A stretch of 64,000 bases of DNA from Octopus vulgaris (GCA_951406725.2 OX597824.1:24056001-24120000); one strand, 5' to 3'. Shown: positions 15,792 to 29,987, counted from the first letter of the stretch. The notes: generated by a model not told the origin, from the letters alone. Numbers and translations are program-made.

Positions 15792-16003
15792 GACAGAGAA
15801 AGAGAGTGTGTGTATGTGTATGTGTGTGCGTGTGTTTATGCTTACGTGTATGTGTGTGGGTGTAGGTCTATGTGTTATTGTATATCCGCGTGTGTTTGTG
15901 CGTGTGTGTATCTGTGTGTGCATGGGCTTGAATATGTCTGTGCGAGTGTGCTCGTGTGTATGTGTTTGTGCTTGTATATGTGTGTGAGTGTATATGTGTA
16001 TGT

Positions 16004-16047
<44 letters not shown>

Positions 16048-16495
16048 CTTCTAAGTCTGTGTGCGTATTTGCATCAGTGTGCGAACAAGCGAGAGAGAGA
16101 GAGAGAGAGGGTGGGGAGAATGTGAGAGAAGTAAGAAGGAGAGGAAGAGATAGAAGAAGAAAGAGAGAGATTGTTTCTTAGTTGTAATTTTGCTTCTGAG
16201 GATGTATGTATGTATGTGTTAGTTGTTAGCGCTATCATCTGCACGTGTGCGCGCGTGTATGTGTTTGTGTGTGCGTGTGTGTGACAGAGAGAAAGAGAGA
16301 GAGAGAGAGAGAGGGAGTGAGTGTGTGTGACAGGCAGACAGGCTGACAGAGAGACTGGCGTACAGCCAGAAACACAGCATGTTTCGAAGTCCCAAGTTTC
16401 TGTGTGAGTATGTGTGATTATCGATGTAAGTGTGAAAGTCCGACGGGTGTGTGGATATTTTTATGTGTGACTGGCACGTGGGACGATTTAAAGTA

Positions 16496-17191
16496 TACGA
16501 GGGTGCACTGAAAAGTTCATAAACTATGAAGGGGTGATGCTGATGCTGTGAAATCTTTCATGCATTAATTTCAGCTCTTCTTATTAATAACTGCATTGTT
16601 TCTTTCCAGGTAAACTGATTGTTCAAAGAAGACTTCAAAAGTAACTAGTAGCGACTTCTCTTGAAAATCGATAAGATTTAGCATCGTGATGTTATCAAGT
16701 ACTTGCAGAATAAGGGTTTTGTTGTTTGTTCCTTCTCGAGCCACATCTGGCTCAAAAGGGCCGGTTTCCCGGTTTCCTTGGAGTATAGGTTCCCCACCTG
16801 GACGGGACACCGGTCCATCGCAGGTGAGCTGCAAGATGCAGGAGCAAAGAGTGAGAGCAAGTTGTGGCGAAAGAGTCAGCAGAAGTTTCACCATTACCTT
16901 CTGCCGGAGCCGTGTGGAGCTTAGGTGTTTCGCTCATAAACACACACATCGCCCGGTCTGAGATTCGAACCCGCGATCCCTCGACCGCGAGTCCGCTACT
17001 CTAACCACTAGGCCAGGTGCCTCCACAGAAAAACGGTTTAACTCCTAAGGATATTCATGCTGACGTGGTTGCTACAACTAGGGGCTGGACGCTCCATCTT
17101 AATTCAACAGTGCAAAAATGGGCAGCTAAATTTAGGATGAGAAGCGGTAACCTTGAAGACAACCCTGGGTCTGGACGCCCTGCAGCTCGTA
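16496..17191 (+). mobile_element. Internally deleted mariner (transposase N-terminus only), interrupted by a SINE
   Basis: TA-TACGAG...CTCGTA-TA termini; HRDVIKYLQ | KNGLTPKDIHADVV..STVQKWAAKFR..LEDNPGSGRP mariner HTH region. Confidence 0.8.
16719..17025 (-). mobile_element. tRNA-derived SINE family A
   Basis: Reverse complement of family A; imperfect TSD CAGAATAAGGGTTT / CAGAAAAACGGTTT. Confidence 0.9.
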
Positions 17192-17859
17192 TAAGATTAT
17201 CTCTGCCATTCTGTGTACGTGTGTGGTTTTCATGTGTTGGGGTGGAGTTGTGCATGTGAGCATTTTTAGCGTGTGTGTGTGCGTGCGCATGCGTGCATGG
17301 ACGTGAGTGTGAATAATGGGAGAAAACGCGCTTAAGATTAAATTTGCGTTTTTTTATTTGCACGTGAGTTTGTGTGAGTGTGTGTGGGTGGGTGGATGAG
17401 TGTGTGAGGGTGCGTGCGGAAAAGAGAGAGGGAGAGAGAGAGAGCAAAGGAGTGACTGTATTTGATGGGAAGAGAGAGAGAGAGAGAGAGAGAGGTTTGT
17501 GCAAAAGTTCATGCGCGTGACATGGTTGTTTGTGGCAGTACAGTTTCTATGCGTGTGCGCGTGTGTATATATGTATGTATGTTTGTATACACACGCACAC
17601 GCGCACACACACACACACATATATATGTGTATGTGCGTGTGTTAATGTATGTGTGTATGTGTGACTGAATGATTGAATGAATGATTGAATGAACGAACAG
17701 CTGATCTGAATTGACTATGTACACGAAAGTAGACAATTAAGGTGCTGTCCGGAACGAGCACTTCAATGCAAAACAAGAAAATGAATGCCGCGTCTGCAAC
17801 GAAATATAAGAGTCACTTACTGGCATTAAAAAACCACTGTGGGTTACGTGGTCGCTGAA

Positions 17860-17962
17860 AAAAGGAAATGAAAGAAAGAAGGAAGGAAGGAAGGAAGGAA
17901 AGAAAGGAAAGAAGGAAGGAAGGAAGGAAGGAAGGAAGGAAGAATTAAAGAAAGAAGGAAAA

Positions 17963-17995
<33 letters not shown>

Positions 17996-18016
17996 AAAAA
18001 GGAAGGAAGGAAGGAA

Positions 18017-18050
<34 letters not shown>

Positions 18051-18096
18051 ATGAATGAATGAATGAATGAATGAATGAATGGAAGGAAGGAAGGAA

Positions 18097-18130
<34 letters not shown>

Positions 18131-18180
18131 ATGAATGAATGAATGAATGAATGAATGAATGGAAGGAAGGAAAAAAGGAA

Positions 18181-18214
<34 letters not shown>

Positions 18215-18325
18215 AAAAAGAAAGAAAGGACGAAAGAAAGAAATGAAGGAAAGGAGGGAGGAAGGGTGGAAGAAAGAAAGAAACAAAGAAAGAAAAAAGA
18301 AACAAAGAAACAAAGAAACAAAGAA
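17860..18325. repeat. Polypurine GAAA/GAAG/GAAT compound microsatellite
   Basis: Directly visible. Confidence 0.95.
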
Positions 18326-20523
18326 GACAAGTTATCAGCGATGGCCATCCCCGAAACATGAGTCCCAGGCATTGGCCGGTTAGGTATTGTGGTAGAAGAT
18401 ACTTGCCCAAGGTACCCGCATATTCTTCACATACCGATTCGTAATGCACTAATTGTTGCGACTGTTGGGCTTGACGGCAAGATAACGTGAAAGGTCACTG
18501 GTACTAGAAGTTCACATTGAAGTAGTTGGAGACAACTGATGGTGTCATCTTCAAGTGTGACCTGGAAATATGTTCGATTCCTTTTACCTTTGGCTTGGAT
18601 TTTGTTAAGCTAGTAACATAATTACGAATACGTCCAATGTTTAGTTCTTATTTTTTGGAACAATGTAGTTACTATTGCTTTGTGCACTCGACTCATCATC
18701 ATTTTCGTTATTCAATAGTTTTCTTCAGGAGATCAAAATTTCACTATCTTTTTATCTTTTACTTGTTTCAGTCATTGGACTGCGGCCATGCTGGGGTATC
18801 ACTTTGAAGTTTTTAGTCAAACTTATTCGTTGTGTGTCAGCCTTGAGAGAGCGAAAGAGAGAGAGGGACAGATATACATAAATACATAGTCCTACACACA
18901 GATACAAATATTCACACACAGATACAAATCTATAAACACACTCAAAATACACACATATCCATAGATACCCGCACATCTGTCTCTCGGCCCTAGTTCTTTA
19001 TCTGATATTTATTCTATTGTCTGTTTTACCGAATCACTAAGTTACTAGGTTTGTTTTGGTTTTTATTTTTGTTTTGTTTGTTTTTCCGCTTGTTTGTTTC
19101 GGGGGTTTTTTGTCTCTTTTTTTGTAGAATAAAATTTATAATCATCAAATCCCCAATATGTTCCCTTTTGAGTAAAGCTGTTTTGTTGTGAAATATTTCA
19201 TTTGAGGATGTAATACGTCACAGTCTGTTATTGTTACACCTCATAAGCAAACAGCTGGATTCTTTTCTTGCGGCGGGTGGCATTTTCGAGCAATTCCATA
19301 AGCCATCACTGATTTTAAAATTTAAAAAAAAAAAAGATTTTAAAAGATTGCTTTCATCGATTTAAAAAGATAGGAAACAAATTTCGTTGATAGGTGGCGA
19401 TATTTATCACTTGCAGACAAACAAATAATTAATTACACCACACACCAGCAAAAACAGCCTAAAAAGAATCCCAAAATGGAACCAGCGTTTGAAAATAATA
19501 ATGAAAAAAGAGAACAGCCGACTATGAATTCATCAACCTCAAATGTACTTTAGAGTTTCAATTTCTTCCACGAATGCAGCTAACAAGATTCTCCTTATCA
19601 TTTGCCATGTTGTTTATTTTTTGCCGCGTTTCTTTTCTCACTCTCTCAACTTATTATTGATGTTGCTGTGGCAGCCATGTTGTTTGTAGCGATTATTTGC
19701 ATGTTGAATGCAGGTTTGAGACTAATATCGCTAAGATTTCTATATAAAAGGCTTCTTCTTCTTTAATAAATGAGATCAGAAGAATAACCAGTTATTTAAC
19801 AAAGCTGATAGTTGCGGCATTAATCGTAAAGTTGGTATTCATCTTAAATTCAATGACTCGTTGCATATACCAACCATTTGTCTATTCTACAAGTATTACA
19901 TGCATGCATGGTTATACATGTGTGTCCATGTGTGTACAAGGTTGTGCGTATGTGTTTGCAATGGATGCATTTGTGTATATGTGGATTTGCGTATATACTT
20001 ATTAGTATAATATTAAGAATGTGTATATATGTGCATTTGCGTATGAAAGCATTATGTTTATATGTGTATGAATGGGTTTGATTGTGTTGTAACTGTTTAT
20101 TTCAGTGTATGTATGTATGTGTGAGTCTGTGTTTAAGTGCATGTATGCTGTGTGTACGTTTATGTGTGTTTGTGCGTGTATTCACGCATGTGTATGAATG
20201 TGCGCGTGGTTATATATCGTTACTGTCCGTGAAGACTAAGTATTTAGCCGAAATGAATGCTTGTATGGATGCATGTTGGATGCGTAGATGTAGTGTTTAC
20301 GTGTGTGTATGTATGTGTATGTTCACATGTGTAGGTATGTATTTAGAGATATGTGCGTGTGTGTGTGTGTGTGTAGCTGTGCGTGTGTGTGTAGCTGTGT
20401 GTGTGTATATACGTCCTTACACAAATATGTTGGTTTATATCTATCAAACGATCTATCTATATGGATGAATATGTATACATGCATTTATTGATAACCGCGT
20501 AAATTAAGTCATATGCGTATGTA

Positions 20524-20563
<40 letters not shown>

Positions 20564-20787
20564 CATACAGAGAGAGAGAGAGAGAATATATATAAACATA
20601 TAGTGTATATATATATATATATACATATATATGTATATATACATATATACTATATATATGTACATATATACATATATATATATACATAAATGTATATATA
20701 TATATATATATATGTACATACATATATATACATATATATGCATATATATGTCTGCATATATATACATATATATATTTGTTTATATGC

Positions 20788-20835
<48 letters not shown>

Positions 20836-21524
20836 TATATATTACTTATTTTATATATATATATATATACACGCACACACGCTCACAGACACATATAGAT
20901 ATGTATGTATTCGTATATATACATATATTTGTGTGTGTATGTGTATACGCACGCACATACACACAAGCACATACACATTCGTACATAGATGTATTTATAG
21001 ATAAATACATGAATGAATGAATGAATGGATTAGGGAATGTTGCAATCGACTGAATGATTAAGCGTGTGTGGATTAGCGGAATGAAGCGTATACGAACGAG
21101 GGCGCGGATGTGTGTATGTATCTATGTATACATATATATATATATATATTTAAGGATGGATGGGGTTTCATAGCTAGGTGGAAGGGTGGATGAATGGATG
21201 GGTGGGTGGATCTATTTATCGATCCTCGCATGAATGGACATAGGAATCGTATGTGGGTGAATAGTTAGACGGCGTTGGTGGGTGGGTTGGTGAGTGGGGT
21301 GGCCGGGAGGCTTTATGGATGGCCGGGTGGATAGCTGGGAGGACGGGTGGGTGTATGGGCAGACGGACGGGTAGATGGATGGATGGATGGATGGATGGAA
21401 CTATTGGCACGGTTGCGTTTGTTTTATTGGTATATTTGATTCTGTTACTGTGTTGTCGTATCTTTCGTGAATATGAAGATGAAATAGAATTCAGATATAT
21501 TTGGTGTTCGCGCAACTACTACTG

Positions 21525-21558
<34 letters not shown>

Positions 21559-22510
21559 ACACACACACACACGCACAGATACACAAACAAACAAACAGAT
21601 ACACAAACAAACATACTAAATTGTATTGATAAACAATTGGCGTTCCACTGGTCGGGGAATCTTTGGTTGGTTTACCATATTTAGAGATATTGGAAGCTAA
21701 CAGATATGACAAATTTACTATGATATCCTAGCTCTATTTCTCTCTCTCTCTCTCTCTTTCTTTGTCTCTCTCTGTCCCCCTCTCTCTCTCTCTTTAACCC
21801 TCATCTCATTCGAAGCCGCTCTCTCCCTCTCTCTCTCTCTCTCTCCTTTCTTTCCATCTCTACCTCTCTCTTTGCTTCTTTTTCTCATTCTCTTTCCCTT
21901 CTCTCCCTCCATCCCCCACACCTTTTCCCGTTTCTCTCTCCTCCCCCTTTATCTCTTTGCATCTCTTTCTCCATCCTTCTCTCCCTCTCTCCCTCCCATC
22001 TCTCTCCCCTCCCCTCCCTCTCTCCTTCCCACCTCTCTCTCTATTTCTCTCTTTCTCTTTCCCTCTCTCCATGTCTTTCTCCTTCACTCTCCCACTTTCT
22101 CTACCTTTCCCTTTCTCTCTGTCCTTCTCTCTCACATCCTCCCTCCCTCTCACATCCTTCCGACTCTCTATCTCCTCTCTCTCTCTCTCTCTCTCATTCC
22201 CTCTCTCTAAGTGACATACAACTACAAGACACAGCAATAATGTACCAGGCATTTCTCAACCATTTTACTCTTGTTGAAATTTCGAAAACCATATTTGATG
22301 TCATAAGACACATTTTTCCTAAAAAAAATCCCTCAAAAAATTACACCCAAGTCTTCTTATATGCAAAAATAGACCTTCTCTAAACTGACTTTATCCCTAA
22401 CGCTCAATTATTATAGATTAATCTTAATCCAGATGGTTTCTTCTACCAAACCTGACTTCTTGCTTTACGTTCAGTTGTATTGCCTACTTACCGTTTATAT
22501 ACAATGTTTT

Positions 22511-23115
22511 CTTTTCTACTCTAGGCACAAGGCCCGTAATTTGGGGGAAGGAGGCCAGTCGATTAAATCGACACCAGTACGCAACTGGTACTAAATTTAT
22601 CGACCCCGAAAGGATGAAAGGTAAAGTTGACCTCGGCGGAATTTGTACCCAGAACGTAAAGACATGAAATACCTATTTCTTTACTACTCACAAGGGGCTA
22701 AATACAGAGAGGACAAACAAGGACAGACAAATGGATTAAGTCGATTATATCGACCCCAGTGCGTAACTGGTACTTATTTAATCGACTCCGAAAGGATGAA
22801 AGGCAAAGTCGACCTCGGCGGAATTTGAACTCAGAACGTAACGGCAGACGAAATACGGCTACACATTTCGCCCGGCGTGATAACGGTTCTTATTTCTTTA
22901 TTGCCCACAAGGGGCTAAACAGAGGGGACAAACAAGGACGGACAAACGGATTAAGTCGATTACATCGACACCAGTGCGTAACTGGTACTTAATTTATCGA
23001 CCCCGAAAGGATGAAAAGCAAAGTCGACCTTGGCGGAATTTGAACTCAGAACGTAGCGGCAGACGAAATACCGCTTAGCATTTTGCCCGGCATGCTAACG
23101 TTTCTGCCAGCTCGC
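22511..23115 (-). mobile_element. SINE family C with internally triplicated core
   Basis: Core CGACCCCGAAAGGATGAAAGGCAAAGTCGACCTCGGCGGAATTTGAACTC occurs three times; head matches 49705 and 38465. Confidence 0.85.
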
Positions 23116-23204
23116 AGACGATATATAATAATGTTTTCTGCTATAGCTAAGGTACTTTTGTTATTTTCGATGATGTACTGTTAGATTGCTTTAAATATGA
23201 GTTT

Positions 23205-23397
23205 CAAATTTTGACACAAGGCTACCAATTTTGTTGGGTGCAGGGTAGGTCGATAACATCGACCCCATTGGGTACTTGTTTTATCCACACCGAAACGACG
23301 AACGACAAAATGGACCTCGGCGGAACTCGGAACGAAAAGCCGAACGAAAAACCACTAAGCATTTTGCCCAGCGTGCAAACGATTCTGCCAGCTCACC
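23205..23397 (-). mobile_element. Older diverged SINE family C copy
   Basis: GACCTCGGCGGAA..AAGCATTTTGCCC..TCTGCCAGCTCACC matches the family C head. Confidence 0.7.
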
Positions 23398-23399
23398 GC

Positions 23400-24372
23400 T
23401 CTGTGATTGTCGGGAGCATACGAGATGGAGATACGGGATGGAGATCGACCCCAAAAAGAGCAAGACCCCAGTTAATAGTAACCACGAAAACATTGCAACC
23501 AACATCGAGCTAAATGGAGAGAAAGACGTGATGAAATGAACACCTTTAAGTACCAAAGATCCGCTTTGAACCAGGACGGCAGATCTCAAAAGGACAGAGC
23601 AACAAGACTCAGTTTAACCTCTGTTTCCATTACCAAGCTGAACACCATTGGGAAAAGCAATTTCATTAGTCTTCGAACAAAATTCAGAGTGTACAAGTCC
23701 CTGGCGACTTTGATCCAGTCTGCTGGACATTGCTGTAGAGCTGAAAACGAGACAATTTCTACTCATCTCTTCTGAAAGTCATCTACTCACGATACCAGAG
23801 GGTGCACACTCTCCTACCCTGATGTAATCTCCAGGGATACAGGCATCCAGCAACAGGACCTCCGCAATGCTATGATGGACCGTGAAGTCTGGCGTAGCAT
23901 GGTAAATTCCATTGTCTCGACCACGGTCGAACAATGATGATGATGATGGATGTGAAAGCTGGATTCTTGCAGCTGACATGGAGCGAAAGATCCGGACATT
24001 TGATCACAAATGCTTCAGAAGACTGTTAACAGAGCACAAAACGAACAACATTGTCAGGCAGCAAGCCAACAAATACTTTGGCCGACAGGAATCACTCCTT
24101 GCGCAGATGAAAAGACGAAAGCTTGCCTGGTACGGTCATGTATTTCGTCACAACACCTTGTCCAAAACCATTCTTCAGAGCAAAGCCGAAGGAAAGCGCA
24201 AGACGGCAGACACAGAAAATCCTGGTTTGAAAACATCTAGGACAGGACAAGTCACAACATATCGCGCCTGCTACGCATGATAGAGAACAGAGACCAGTGG
24301 CGACACTGGCTACGTAAGCGTCTACAGTGACACTCCAGTGACTGGTTGCATCTGTTAAGGGAACTTGATGAA
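23400..24372 (+). mobile_element. Decayed RTE LINE 3' portion
   Basis: YGMEIDPKKSK, TKFRVYKSL, GCESW..ERKIRTFDHKCFRRLL, RRKLAWYGHVFRHNTLSKTILQ; ends TTAAGGGAACTTGATGA. Confidence 0.85.
23716..23948 (+). mobile_element. Second RTE/RTEX-like LINE 3' fragment nested in the first
   Basis: AGHCCRAENE...ISRDTGIQQQDLRNAMMDREVWRSMV..stop plus (TGA)n tail; splits host motif YKSL..LI | GCESW. Confidence 0.75.
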
Positions 24373-25193
24373 GATTATCTATTAATTCAAACCAACTATT
24401 TTCTAAATCTCCGAAACAAAGCCTCATTTCATATGTACAATTTACAATACTCAATGAGAAGTCACAACATAGCGGGCCTGCTACGCATGACAGAGAACAG
24501 ATACCAGTGGCGACATTGCAGACTACGAAAGTGTCTACAATAGCAACCCAGCGACTGGTTGCATCTGTTAAGGGAACATGGTGAAGATCTATTAATTCAA
24601 ACCAGCTATTTTCTAAATGTCCGTAACGGAGCCTCATATCATATGTACAATTTAAAATGCTCAATGACAAGTCACAACATAGCGAGCTTGCTACGCATGA
24701 TAGAGAACAGAGATCATTGGCGACACTGGCTACAAAAACGTCTACAATGACAACCCAGCGACTGGTTGGGGGCACATGGCCTAGTGGTTAGAGCAGCGGA
24801 CTCGCGGTCGAGGGATCGCGGGTTCGAATCTCAGACCGGCCGATGTGTGTGTTTATGAGCAAAACACCTATGCTCCACGCGGCTCCGGCAAAAGGTAATG
24901 GCGAAACTTCTGCTGACTCCTTCGCCACAACTTTCTCTCACTCTTTCCTCCTGCATCTTGCAGCTCACCTGCGACAGACCGGTGTCGCGTCCAGGTGGGG
25001 AACCTATACGCCAAGAAACCGGGAAACCGGCCCTTTTGAGCCAGGCATGGCTCGAAAAGGAACAAACAACAACAGCGACTGGTTGCATCCGTTAAGGGAA
25101 CATGGTGAAGATTATCTATTAATTCAAACCAACTATTTTCTAAACCTCCATAAAGAATGCCTCATATCCTATGTACAATTCAAAATGTTCAAT
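24249..25193 (+). repeat. About 210-bp tandem repeat, 3 units, third interrupted by a SINE
   Basis: Units begin AAGTCACAACATA at about 24249, 24459 and 24669. Confidence 0.9.
24769..25072 (+). mobile_element. tRNA-derived SINE family A with perfect 13-bp TSD
   Basis: CAGCGACTGGTTG at 24756-24768 and 25073-25085. Confidence 0.93.
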
Positions 25194-25411
25194 GCTGCTT
25201 CAGACATGTCTGCTTTGACCTTTCAACCAATAGAGAATGTAAACAAAAGCCTAGCGGAATGCTAGCTTACAGTTTTGTTTGTAGTGGCCTAAATATATTC
25301 GCTTCCCAACACAAGTACACGACAACAGCAGGCTGCTATTTCTTGCGAGGTTGTTGCTCTCGCTCCTTTTTTGCGTTTCATTTGTTGTTTCAGCATAGTA
25401 ATTACGGGCGA

Positions 25412-25634
<223 letters not shown>

Positions 25635-25799
25635 GCCAATAGACAATAACTCCAGGGTAAACACTAATTGTACCGGTTGTCTTCCCAGTCGGATTGTTTC
25701 TACCTGATATTTAGACTGTCTGAGGAAGTGCGGTGTGTATATGCGAGTGTGGGTGTATATATGTATGTATATATATGTGTGTGTGTGTCTGTATATTTC

Positions 25800-25841
<42 letters not shown>

Positions 25842-25875
25842 TGTATATATACACACACACGTATATATGTATACG

Positions 25876-25941
<66 letters not shown>

Positions 25942-26032
25942 ATATATATATATATACATATATATATATTATGTATATATATATATATACATATATATAT
26001 ACATATATATATATATGTATATATATATCTAC

Positions 26033-26097
<65 letters not shown>

Positions 26098-26358
26098 ACG
26101 TACAAAACTTAAAACAATGGAGTACAACGCAACAATTACGACAGCAAACAGAACCAACAACAACAACACAAACAAATCAAAACAATGTAATCAAACACTA
26201 CCACCATTACTACCACCACCACCACCACCAACTACAACAACAACAACAGCAACAACAAACAGTGTAATCAAAAGTAAATCTAAAGACAAAACAATAACGC
26301 TCGCTGATCATTTCTATTTAAAACCGTTGAACCGAACTGACTGGCAGTTAAAGTCACT

Positions 26359-26359
<1 letters not shown>

Positions 26360-26416
<57 letters not shown>

Positions 26417-27911
26417 CTGTAGTAGTAGTAGTAGTAGTGGTGGTGGTTGTGGTGGTGGTAGATTTTGATATTGTTGGTGTAGTTGTTGCTATTGACATTG
26501 CAGTGCTGGTGGAGTGGAGTGGACTGGACTGATAGGAGGTGATGGATTTGGAGAAGTGTAGGTGGTAGTGTCATCGGTTTTAATTGGCTACAGCCGTAGT
26601 TAGAGGCTGGCGGCGATGGTGACAGTGGCGGTGGCGATGACGGCGGTGGCGGCAGTGGTGGTGGTAGTGGTGGTGGCGGCGTCGGTGGTGGTGGTGGTGG
26701 TGGTGGTGGTGGTGGTGGTGGTGGTGGTGGTGGTGGTGGTGGTGGTGGTGGTGGTGGTGGTGGCGGTGATGGTGGTGGTGGTGGTGGTGGTGATGATGGT
26801 GGTGGTGATTGACATGGAAGTAGTGATAGCGCTGGAAATAAGCAGGTGGTTGTGATTGCTGTACCGGTGGTAGTAATTGTGGTGGAGGAGGTGGTGGTGG
26901 TGGTGGTGGTGATAGTGGTAGTGGTGGTGGTAGTGTTGTTTCTGTTAGTGTTTGTTGTAACTGTAGTACTGATGATGGTGGTGGTTGGTGGTGATGGTGG
27001 TGGTGATAGTGGTGGTAGTAGTGGTGTTTGTGTTAGTGTTTGTTGTAACTGTAGTACTGGTGGTGGTGGTAATAACTATGGAGCAGTTGGGAAAAGGGTC
27101 GTGAGAATGTTATTACTAGTGGTGGTCGCGGTGGGGGTTTGACCCCCCCCCTCCCCCACCAACTCCTCACCAGGTCAGTCCTGATATAGAAGACCGGTCA
27201 ATAAAATACTAGACATGACCATCGCGTGTTTTAAATGCAAACCGTAGACAGACCTTTTGCTCTTTCCGGAGAGGATAACAGTGTGATTTGAGGTCGATAT
27301 TTCTGTTATTTCTAGCAATCAGGTGGTTCTCGTTTTGGTGGTGATGGTAGTGTTGTTGTAGCTGTTGTTGGTGATGGTAGATTTGGTGGTGGTGGTGGTG
27401 GTGGTGGTGGTGGTGGTGGTGGTGGTGGTGGTGGTGGTGGTGGTGGCGGTGGTGGTGGTGGTGGTGGTGGTGGTTGTGGTGGTGGTGGTGGTGGTTGTAA
27501 TGGTGGTGGTGGTAACGGTAGTGGTGGTTGTAGTAGTAGGGGTGGCGATGGCGATGGTCGTACTGTTAGTGGTAGTGATGGTAGAGCTGGTGGTGATTGT
27601 TGTTGGGGTGGTGGAGGTGGTAGTGGAGGTGGCGGTGGTGGTGGCGGCTGTGGTGGTGGCGGTGATGATGTTAGTGGATGTGGTGGTGGTGGCGGTGGTG
27701 ATACCGGTGATGTTGATGGTTGTGATGACGATGATGGTGATAGTGGGGGGGGTATAGTGGTGCTGGTGGTGTTTGTAATAATGTTGTTGTTGTCGATGAT
27801 GTTGTTGTTGGTGTGTGTGTGTGGGGGGGGGTCAGCTATAGCAGAACTAGTGACGTTTCTAATGATGATGATGATGATGACGAAGATGAAGACGATGTTG
27901 ACGACGACGAC

Positions 27912-27955
<44 letters not shown>

Positions 27956-28065
27956 CGACGACGACCATGATGATTGTGGGGGTGATGGTATATGTAGCAG
28001 CAGCCGAGGTGGTGGTGGTAGTGGTGGTGGTGGTGGCGGTGGGTAGTGGCGGAGGGTAGTGGTGA
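26360..28065. repeat. Compound (GTA)/(GGT)/(GAT) trinucleotide low-complexity block
   Basis: Directly visible. Confidence 0.9.
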
Positions 28066-28385
28066 TCACGTCCTCAGACAGAAACTTCTGGACGGTGAAA
28101 ACTGGAAGGTAAATAATGAGTGAATGAAGAGTGAACGAAGATTAATGAGTGACCGAGACAAGAGAGAGAGAGAGAGAGAAAAAGAGGGAGAGACAGAGAG
28201 ACAGAGACAGAGTGCAAACGAACAGAGGGGGAGATGGGTAGTAATAGGTGGGGAACGGAAGTGTGGAGGAGAAAAGATCTGTCGGAATTTTATTGATTGG
28301 CGGTAAATAAACATAGAACAGATTGGGAAAACGGAAAGAGGGGGAGGGAGACAAAGTAAGAACAGAAGGAGAAAGAAAGACAAAG

Positions 28386-28433
<48 letters not shown>

Positions 28434-28769
28434 AGTCTGAGACAGACAGAGGGATTGCAGAGAATTAACGAGACGAGAAGATGAGAAAATAAAAGACTAT
28501 CATTGGAGACTGGAGATACAGTTGGCGGCGGTCTGGGTTGAATAAATACTATAACATTATGACCAATCTTAGCCGCCATATATATATATATATATATGTA
28601 TATATTTATCTATGTGTGTATGTGTGTGTGTTTATACATATATGCACACACACACACATATATATATACACAAACATATACGTATATTTATTACCTATCT
28701 AACTGCTTCTGTTTATATATATATATGTGTATATATATATATATATATATTTATACACACACATATATA

Positions 28770-28905
28770 TCAGCCGAAATTGCGAAGATGATGATCTGGT
28801 TCTTGACTGATGACTAGGGCTTCGAATGTCCCGTCCTGTGGTTCTTGTGTCGTCTCCTTGGTGTTTCTGTTCTTGTCCATGTTTGTATTTATTTTTTACT
28901 GTTTA
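28770..28905 (+). repeat. Family E repeat fragment between TA tracts
   Basis: CAGCCGAAATTGCGA..GGTTCTTGACTGA.GA..GGCTTCGAATG matches 62546-62600. Confidence 0.7.
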
Positions 28906-28918
28906 TATATATATATAT

Positions 28919-28960
<42 letters not shown>

Positions 28961-29074
28961 TCCTTAATTATTTTATGTGTGTGTGTGTGTGCGCGTGCTC
29001 TAGCATGGCCGCAGTCGAATGACGGAAGCATAAAATAATTAAGGAATATGGATTTATATGAGCATGTGCACACG

Positions 29075-29174
<100 letters not shown>

Positions 29175-29224
29175 AGTACTTACAAGATGACCAAAAGGTG
29201 TACGTACGCCACTATATGTATGTA

Positions 29225-29437
29225 TAAATAAAAAACAGAATAAGAACGTAACGGACAACAATAAAAACATAGGGACGGATAAACGACACAAAGACGGACT
29301 GGAAAAAACCAGGACGTATCATTCGTGGCCTTCTGTTCAGTCAAGTTTCCAATTATCATTACAGTTTCGGCTAGTTACACTTGAGACTATTCAAAATTGG
29401 TAGGCACCAAAAATCTAAGCTAAGAGCATTAAATTTT
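29225..29437 (-). repeat. Family E repeat, diverged
   Basis: Reverse complement has TAATGCTCTTAGCTTAG..CTCAAG..AGCCGAAAC..CTTGACTGAA. Confidence 0.6.
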
Positions 29438-29622
29438 GAGAAGAAAGCAAGCGAATGTGTAGGACAACACAGACTAAAATATAAAACGAGAAAACGGAGA
29501 AAATGTTACACGATTACAAATACAAACAACACGAGAATAACAATAGGTATCTTTCGACTAATAAGGACGGATCAAGTTGCGGTGGCGTGTGGAGTGAAAG
29601 CCTTGCGGCACAACTATATTTA

Positions 29623-29673
<51 letters not shown>

Positions 29674-29700
29674 TATAATTTTCTTTTATATATATATTCT

Positions 29701-29921
29701 TCTTTTATTCTTTTACCTCTTTCGGTCATTTGACTAAGGCCGTGCCGAGGTCCCTACTTTAGTCGAGCAAATCGACCCAGAACTTATTCATTGTAAGCGT
29801 AGTATTTATTCTGTCGGTCTCTTTGGTCGAACCGATAGAATCCGGGAACGTAAACACACCAACATCGGTTGTCAAGCGATGGTAGGGGGACAATCACAAG
29901 CACACGAATACATACATGCAT

Positions 29922-29987
<66 letters not shown>

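Noticed and set aside
27312-27968. Proline-rich 218-aa ORF resembling formin or extensin
   Set aside because: Derived from (GGT)n/(GAT)n repeats with no flanking domain or splice support
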